Positions 55,573 through 64,000 of a stretch of DNA of 64,000 bases are shown piece by piece; within the stretch, counting starts at the first letter, position 1, and the number at the start of each line of letters is the position of its first letter. The notes under the pieces are model-generated. The model did not search any database. It saw nothing but the letters and a program-made list of their open reading frames with translations, and was not told where the DNA came from. The translations under genes were made by a program, and so were the position numbers. Source of the DNA: the human T2T-CHM13v2.0 reference genome, Homo sapiens; the NCBI RefSeq assembly GCF_009914755.1, contig NC_060932.1; one strand, given 5' to 3'.

Positions 55573-58500
55573 GTGGATATTTGGATAGATTTGAGGATTT
55601 CGTTGGAAACGGGATTATATATAAAAAGTAGACAGCAGCATTCTCAGAAACTTCTTTGTGATGTTTGCATCCAGCTCTCAGAGTTGAACATTCCCTTTCA
55701 TAGAGTAGGTTTGAAACCCTCTTTTTATAGTGTCTGGAAGCGGGCATTTGGAGCGCTTTCAGGCCTATGCTGAAAAAGGAAATATCTACCTATAGAAACT
55801 AGACAGAAGCATTCTGAGAATCACGTTTGTGATGTGGGTACTCAACTAACAGTGTTGATCCATTCTTTTGATACAGCAGTTTTGAACCACACTTTTTGTA
55901 GAATCTGCAAGTGGATATTTGGATAGCTGTGAGGATTTCGTTGGAAACGGGAATGTCTTCATAGAAAATTTAGACAGAAGCATTCTCAGAACCTGGATTG
56001 TGATGTGTGTTCTCCACTAACAGAGTTGAACCTTTCTTTTGACAGAACTGTTCTGAAACATTCTTTTTATAGAATCTGCAAGTGGATATTTGGAAAGCTT
56101 TGAGGATTTCGTTGGAAACGGGAATATCTTCAAATAAAATCTAGCCAGAAGCATTCTAAGAAACATCTTAGGGATGTTTACATTCAAGTCACAGAGTTGA
56201 ACATTCCCTTTCACAGAGCAGGTTTGAAACAATCTTCTCGTACTATCTGGCAGTGGACATTTTGAGCTCCTTGGGGCCTATGCTGAAAAAGGAAATATCT
56301 TCCGACAAAAACTAGACAGAAGCATTCGCAGAATCACGTTTGTGATGTGTGCACTCAACTGTCAGAATTGAACCTTGGTTTGGACAGAGCACTTTTGAAA
56401 CACTCTTTTTGTAGAATCTGCAGGTGGATATTTGGCTAGCTTTGAGGATTTCATTGGAAACGGTAATGTCTTCAAAGAAAATCTAGACAGAAGCATTCTC
56501 AGAAACAACTTCGTGATGTTTGCAATCAAGTCACAGAGTTAAACCTTCCGTTTCATAGAGCAGGTTGGAAACACTCTTTTTGTAGTATCTGGAAGTGGAC
56601 ATTTGGAGGGCTTTGTAGCCTATCTGGAAAAAGGAAATATCTTCCCATGAATGCGAGATAGAAGTAATCTCAGAAACATGTTTATGCTGTATCTACTCAA
56701 CTAACTGTGCTGAACATTTCTATTGATAGAGCAGTTTTGAGACACTCTTCTTTTGGAATCTGCAAGTGGATATTTGGATAGATTTGAGGATTTCGTTGGA
56801 AACGGGATTATATATAAAAAGTAGACAGCAGCATTCTCAGAAACTTCTTTGTGATGTTTGCATCCAGCTCTCAGAGTTGAACATTCCCTTTCATAGAGTA
56901 GGTTTGAAACCCTCTTTTTATAGTGTCTGGAAGCGGGCATTTGGAGCGCTTTCAGGCCTATGCTTAAAATAGGAAATATCTACCTACAGAAACTAGACAG
57001 AAGCATTCTGAGAATCACGTTTGTGATGTGGGTACTCAACTAACAGTGTTGATCCATTCTTTTGATACAGCAGTTTTGAACCACACTTTTTGTAGAATCT
57101 GCAAGAGGATATTTGGATAGCTGTGAGGATTTCGTTGGAAACGGGAATGTCTTCAAAGAAAATCTAGACAGAAGCATTCTCAGAAACACCTTCGTGATGT
57201 TTGCAATCAAGTCACAGAGTTGAACCTTTCGTTTCATAGAGCAGGTTGGAAACACTCTTATTGTAGTATCTGGAAGTGGACATTTGGAGCGCTTTCAGGC
57301 CTATGGTGAAAAAGGAAATATCTTCCCATAAAAACGACATAGAAGCTATCTCAGGAACTTGTTTATGATGCATCTAATCAACTAACAGTGTTGAACCTTT
57401 GTACTGACAGAGCAGTTTGAAACACTCTTTTTTTGGAATCTGCAAGTGGATATTTGGATCGCTTTGAGGATTTCGTTGGAAACGGGATGCAATATAAAAC
57501 GTACACAGCAGCATACTCAGAAAATACTTTGCCATATTTCCATTCAAGTCACAGAGTGGAACATTCCCATTCATAGAGCAGGTTGGAAACACTCTTTTTG
57601 GAGTATCTGGAAGTGGACATTTGGAGCGCTTTCTGAACTATGGTGAAAAAGGAAATATCTTCCAATGAAAACAAGACAGAAGCATTCTGAGAAACTTATT
57701 TGTGATGTGTGTCCTCAACAAACGGACTTGAACCTTTCGTTTCATGCAGTACTTCTGGAACACTCTTTTTGAAGATTCTGCATGCGGATATTTGGATAGC
57801 TTTGAGGATTTCGTTGGAAACGGGCTTACATGTAAAAATTAGACAGCAGCATTCTCAGAAACTTCTTTGTGGTGTCTGCATTCAAGTCACAGAATTGAAC
57901 TTCCCCTCACATAGAGCAGTTGTGCAGCACTCTATTTGTAGTATCTCGAAGTGGACATTTGGAGGGCTTTGTAGCCTATCTGGAAAAAGGAAATATCTTC
58001 CCATGAATGCGAGATAGAAGTAATCTCAGAAACATGTTTATGCTGTATCTACTCAACTAACTGTGCTGAACATTTCTATTGATAGAGCAGTTTTGAGACA
58101 CTCTTCTTTTGGAATCTGCAAGTGGATATTTGGATAGATTTGAGGATTTCGTTGGAAACGGGATTATATATAAAAAGTAGACAGCAGCATTCTCAGAAAC
58201 TTCTTTGTGATGTTTGCATCCAGCTCTCAGAGTTGAACATTCCCTTTCATAGAGTAGGTTTGAAACCCTCTTTTTATAGTGTCTGGAAGCGGGCATTTGG
58301 AGCGCTTTCAGGCCTATGCTGAAAAAGGAAATATCTACCTATAGAAACTAGACAGAAGCATTCTGAGAATCACGTTTGTGATGTGGGTACTCAACTAGCA
58401 GTGTTGATCCATTCTTTTGATACAGCAGTTTTGAACCACACTTTTTGTAGAATCTGCAAGTGGATATTTGGATAGCTGTGAGGATTTCGTTGGAAACGGG

Positions 58501-61500
58501 AATGTCTTCATAGAAAATTTAGACAGAAGCATTCTCAGAACCTTGATTGTGATGTGTGTTCTCCACTAACAGAGTTGAACCTTTCTTTTGACAGAACTGT
58601 TCTGAAACATTCTTTTTATAGAATCTGGAAGTGGATATTTTGAAAGCTTTGAGGATTTCATTGGAAACGGGAATATCTTCAAATAAAATCTAGCCAGAAG
58701 CATTCTAAGAAACATCTTAGGGATGTTTACATTCAAGTCACAGAGTTCAACATTCCCTTTCACAGAGCAGGTTTGAAACAATCTTCTCGTACTATCTGGC
58801 AGTGGACATTTTGAGCTCCTTGGGGCCTATGCTGAAAAAGGAAATATCTTCCGACAAAAACTAGACAGAAGCATTCGCAGAATCACGTTTGTGATGTGTG
58901 CACTCAACTGTCAGAATTGAACCTTGGTTTAGACAGAGCACTTTTGAAACACTCTTTTTGTAGAATCTGCAGGTGGATATTTGGCTAGCTTTGAGGATTT
59001 CGTTGGAAACGGTAATGTCTTCAAAGAAAATCTAGACAGAAGCATTCTCAGAAACACCTTCGTGATGTTTGCAATCAAGTCACAGAGTTGAACCTTCCGT
59101 TTCATAGAGCAGGTTGGAAACACTCTTATTGTAGTATCTGGAAGTGGACATTTGGAGCGCTTTCAGGCCTATGGTGAAAAAGGAAATATCTTCCCATAAA
59201 AACGACATAGAAGCTATCTCAGGAACTTGTTTATGATGCATCTAATCAACTAACAGTGTTCAACCTTTGTACTGACAGAGCAGTTTGAAACACTCTTTTT
59301 TTGGAATCTGCAAGTGGATATTTGGATCGCTTTGAGGATTTCGTTGGAAACGGGATGCAATATAAAACGTACACAGCAGCATACTCAGAAAATACTTTGC
59401 CATATTTCCATTCAAGTCACAGAGTGGAACATTCCCATTCATAGAGCAGGTTGGAAACACTCTTTTTGGAGTATCTGGAAGTGGACATTTGGAGCGCTTT
59501 CTGAACTATGGTGAAAAAGGAAATATCTTCCAATGAAAACAACACAGAAGCATTCTGAGAAACTTATTTGTGATGTGTGTCCTCAACAAACGGACTTGAA
59601 CCTTTCGTTTCATGCAGTACTTCTGGAACACTCTTTTTGAAGATTCTGCATGCGGATATTTGGATAGCTTTGAGGATTTCGTTGGAAACGGGCTTACATG
59701 TAAAAATTAGACAGCAGCATTCTCAGAAACTACTTTGTGGTGTCTGCATTCAAGTCACAGAATTGAACTTCCCCTCACATAGAGCAGTTGTGCAGCACTC
59801 TATTTGTAGTATCTCGAAGTGGACATTTAGAGGGCTTTGTAGCCTATCTGGAAAAAGGAAATATCTTCCCATGAATGCGAGATAGAAGTAATCTCAGAAA
59901 CATGTTTATGCTGTATCTACTCAACTAACTGTGCTGAACATTTCTATTGATAGAGCAGTTTTGAGACACTCTTCTTTTGGAATCTGCAAGTGGATATTTG
60001 GATAGATTTGAGGATTTCGTTGGAAACGGGATTATATATCAAAAGTAGACAGCAGCATTCTCAGAAACTTCTTTGTGATGTTTGCATCCAGCTCTCAGAG
60101 TTGAACATTCCCTTTCATAGAGTAGGTTTGAAACCCTCTTTTTATAGTGTCTGGAAGCGGGCATTTGGAGCGCATTCAGGCCTATGCTTAAAATAGGAAA
60201 TATCTACCTACAGAAACTAGACAGAAGCATTCTGAGAATCACGTTTGTGATGTGGGTACTCAACTAACAGTGTTGATCCATTCTTTTGATACAGCAGTTT
60301 TGAACCACACTTTTTGTAGAATCTGCAAGAGGATATTTGGATAGCTGTGAGGATTTCGTTGGAAACGGGAATGTCTTCAAAGAAAATCTAGACAGAAGCA
60401 TTCTCAGAAACACCTTCGTGATGTTTGCAATCAAGTCACAGAGTTGAACCTTCCGTTTCATAGAGCAGGTTGGAAACACTCTTATTGTAGTATCTGGAAG
60501 TGGACATTTGGAGCGCTTTCAGGCCTATGGTGAAAAAGGAAATATCTTCCCATAAAAACGACATAGAAGCTATCTCAGGAACTTGTTTATGATGCATCTA
60601 ATCAACTAACAGTGTTGAACCTTTGTACTGACAGAGCAGTTTGAAACACTCTTTTTTTGGAATCTGCAAGTGGATATTTGGATCGCTTTGAGGATTTCGT
60701 TGGAAACGGGATGCAATATAAAACGTACACAGCAGCATACTCAGAAAATACTTTGCCATATTTCCATTCAAGTCACAGAGTGGAACATTCCCATTCATAG
60801 AGCAGGTTTGAAACACTCTTTTTGGAGTATCTGGAAGTGGACATTTGGAGCGCTTTCTGAACTATGGTGAAAAAGGAAATATCTTCCAATGAAAACAACA
60901 CAGAAGCATTCTGAGAAACTTATTTGTGATGTGTGTCCTCAACAAACGGACTTGAACCTTTCGTTTCATGCAGTACTTCTGGAACACTCTTTTTGAAGAT
61001 TCTGCATGCGGATATTTGGATAGCTTTGAGGATTTCGTTGGAAAAGGGCTTACATGTAAAAATTAGACAGCAGCATTCTCAGAAACTTCTTTGTGGTGTC
61101 TGCATTCAAGTCACAGAATTGAACTTCCCCTCACATAGAGCAGTTGTGCAGCACTCTATTTGTAGTATCTCGAAGTGGACATTTGGAGGGCTTTGTAGCC
61201 TATCTGGAAAAAGGAAATATCTTCCCATGAATGCGAGATAGAAGTAATCTCAGAAACATGTTTATGCTGTATCTACTCAACTAACTGTGCTGAACATTTC
61301 TATTGATAGAGCAGTTTTGAGACACTCTTCTTTTGGAATCTGCAAGTGGATATTTGGATAGATTTGAGGATTTCGTTGGAAACGGGATTATATATAAAAA
61401 GTAGACAGCAGCATTCTCAGAAACTTCTTTGTGATGTTTGCATCCAGCTCTCAGAGTTGAACATTCCCTTTCATAGAGTAGGTTTGAAACCCTCTTTTTA

Positions 61501-64000
61501 TAGTGTCTGGAAGCGGGCATTTGGAGCGCTTTCAGGCCTATGCTGAAAAAGGAAATATCTACCTATAGAAACTAGACAGAAGCATTCTGAGAATCACGTT
61601 TGTGATGTGGGTACTCAACTAACAGTGTTGATCCATTCTTTTGATACAGCAGTTTTGAACCACACTTTTTGTAGAATCTGCAAGTGGATATTTGGATAGC
61701 TGTGAGGATTTCGTTGGAAACGGGAATGTCTTCATAGAAAATTTAGACAGAAGCATTCTCAGAACCTTGATTGTGATGTGTGTTCTCCACTAACAGAGTT
61801 GAACCTTTCTTTTGACAGAACTGTTCTGAAACATTCTTTTTATAGAATCTGGAAGTGGATATTTGGAAAGCTTTGAGGATTTCGTTGGAAACGGGAATAT
61901 CTTCAAATAAAATCTAGCCAGAAGCATTCTAAGAAACATCTCAGGGATGTTTACATTCAAGTCACAGAGTTGAACATTCCCTTTCACAGAGCAGGTTTGA
62001 AACAATCTTCTCGTACTATCTGGCAGTGGACATTTTGAGCTCCTTGGGGCCTATGCTGAAAAAGGAAATATCTTCCGACAAAAACTAGACAGAAGCATTC
62101 GCAGAATCACGTTTGTGATGTGTGCACTCAACTGTCAGAATTGAACCTTGGTTTGGACAGAGCACTTTTGAAACACTCTTTTTGTACAATCTGCAGGTGG
62201 ATATTTGGCTAGCTTTGAGGATTTCGTTGGAAACGGTAATGTCTTCAAAGAAAATCTAGACAGAAGCATTCTCAGAAACAGCGTCGTGATGTTTGCAATC
62301 AAGTCACAGAGTTGAACCTTCCGTTTCATAGAGCAGGTTGGAAACACTCTTTTTGTAGTATCTGGAAGTGGACATTTGGAGGGCTTTGTAGCCTATCTGG
62401 AAAAAGGAAATATCTTCCCATGAATGCGAGATAGAAGTAATCTCAGAAACATGTTTATGCTGTATCTACTCAACTAACTGTGCTGAACATTTCTATTGAT
62501 AGAGCAGTTTTGAGACACTCTTCTTTTGGAATCTGCAAGTGGATATTTGGATAGATTTGAGGATTTCGTTGGAAATGGGATTATATATAAAAAGTAGACA
62601 GCAGCATTCTCAGAAACTTCTTTGTGATGTTTGCATCCAGCTCTCAGAGTTGAGCATTCCCTTTCATAGAGTAGGTTTGAAACCCTCTTTTTATAGTGTC
62701 TGGAAGCGGGCATTTGGAGCGCTTTCAGGCCTATGCTTAAAATAGGAAATATCTACCTACAGAAACTAGACAGAAGCATTCTGAGAATCACGTTTGTGAT
62801 GTGGGTACTCAACTAACAGTGTTGATCCATTCTTTTGATACAGCAGTTTTGAACCACACTTTTTGTAGAATCTGCAAGAGGATATTTGGATAGCTGTGAG
62901 GATTTCGTTGGAAACGGGAATGTCTTCAAAGAAAATCTAGACAGAAGCATTCTCAGAAACACCTTCGTGATGTTTGCAATCAAGTCACAGAGTTGAACCT
63001 TCCGTTTCATAGAGCAGGTTGGAAACACTCTTATTGTAGTATCTGGAAGTGGACATTTGGAGCGCTTTCAGGCCTATGGTGAAAAAGGAAATATCTTCCC
63101 ATAAAAACGACATAGAAGCTATCTCAGGAACTTGTTTATGATGCATCTAATCAACTAACAGTGTTGAACCTTTGTACTGACAGAGCAGTTTGAAACACTC
63201 TTTTTTTGGAATCTGCAAGTGGATATTTGGATCGCTTTGAGGATTTCGTTGGAAACGGGATGCAATATAAAACGTACACAGCAGCATACTCAGAAAATAC
63301 TTTGCCATATTTCCATTCAAGTCACAGAGTGGAACATTCCCATTCATAGAGCAGGTTTGAAACACTCTTTTTGGAGTATCTGGAAGTGGACATTTGGAGC
63401 GCTTTCTGAACTATGGTGAAAAAGGAAATATCTTCCAATGAAAACAACACAGAAGCATTCTGAGAAACTTATTTGTGATGTGTGTCCTCAACAAACGGAC
63501 TTGAACCTTTCGTTTCATGCAGTACTTCTGGAACACTCTTTTTGAAGATTCTGCATGCGGATATTTGGATAGCTTTGAGGATTTCGTTGGAAAAGGGCTT
63601 ACATGTAAAAATTAGACAGCAGCATTCTCAGAAACTTCTTTGTGGTGTCTGCATTCAAGTCACAGAATTGAACTTCCCCTCACATAGAGCAGTTGTGCAG
63701 CACTCTATTTGTAGTATCTCGAAGTGGACATTTGGAGGGCTTTGTAGCCTATCTGGAAAAAGGAAATATCTTCCCATGAATGCGAGATAGAAGTAATCTC
63801 AGAAACATGTTTATGCTGTATCTACTCAACTAACTGTGCTGAACATTTCTATTGATAGAGCAGTTTTGAGACACTCTTCTTTTGGAATCTGCAAGTGGAT
63901 ATTTGGATAGATTTGAGGATTTCGTTGGAAACGGGATTATATATAAAAAGTAGACAGCAGCATTCTCAGAAACTTCTTTGTGATGTTTGCATCCAGCTCT
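55573..64000 (+). repeat. Mixed HOR block 7,8,11,8,7,8 plus a partial unit
   Basis: Ruler starts 55573, 56766, 58122, 59990, 61346, 62539, 63895. Confidence 0.92.

Larger units (their letters stand above)
1..64000 (+). repeat. Centromeric alpha-satellite HOR array (SF2 type), probably human chr8 D8Z2 / S2C8H1L
   Basis: Seen: continuous ~171-bp monomers with alphoid motifs (CATTCTCAGAAAC, GAGTTGAAC, TTTGAAACACTC, TTCGTTGGAAACGGGA) and HOR periods of 1868, 1356 and 1193 bp. Established: D8Z2 is described as a mix of 4-, 7-, 8- and 11-mers. The alpha-satellite call is essentially certain. The chromosome call is about 0.85, with D13Z1/D21Z1 (also an SF2 11-mer) as the alternative. Confidence 0.98.

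Noticed and set aside
4-63790. Hundreds of 60-129 aa ORFs (MDIWI..., MSSTNG..., MFPTCS..., MPASRH...)
   Set aside because: They are translations of satellite monomers that recur with HOR periodicity, mostly from GTG/TTG starts. They have no recognisable domains and are opened or closed at random by SNVs.
1-64000. CRISPR-like recurrence of GAGGATTTCGTTGGAAACGGG
   Set aside because: This is the CENP-B box region. Spacing is 171/340 bp, the intervening sequences are themselves repeats, and no cas genes are present.
1-64000. Possible L1/Alu insertion, inversion or non-alphoid island
   Set aside because: Every ruler spacing is explained by 7-, 8- or 11-mers within 2 bp, and all motifs stay on the same strand.
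1-64000. Assignment to D13Z1/D21Z1 (also an SF2 11-mer of ~1.87 kb)
   Set aside because: Not excluded without alignment, but abundant 8-mers and 7+8 composites fit D8Z2 better.

Overview
The whole 64 kb is one uninterrupted, single-orientation array of primate (almost certainly human) centromeric alpha satellite. It has ~171-bp monomers, SF2-type alternation of CENP-B-box and pJ-alpha monomers, and higher-order repeat (HOR) organisation. Using the recurring monomer 'GTGGATATTTGGATAGATTTGAGG' as a ruler I count 45 complete HOR units: 11 x 11-mer (~1868 bp), 17 x 7-mer (1193 bp) and 17 x 8-mer (~1356 bp). Their order is 11,11,11,7,8,7,11,8,8,7,8,7,7,8,7,7,8,7,8,7,7,8,7,7,8,8,7,7,8,8,7,8,8,11,11,11,11,11,11,7,8,11,8,7,8. 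This 7/8/11-mer mix best fits the chromosome 8 array D8Z2 (S2C8H1L); that assignment is recalled, not aligned. I see no genes, RNAs, transposon insertions, inversions or CRISPR arrays, and every listed ORF is a repeat artefact. I found no new biological system. What is interesting is the recombination history readable from SNVs: a diverged left edge; nested super-HOR duplications of 10,031, 5,098, 5,604 and 2,549 bp; a duplication junction mappable to 5 bp that restores a CENP-B box; a dense mutation cluster; and no 4-mers.
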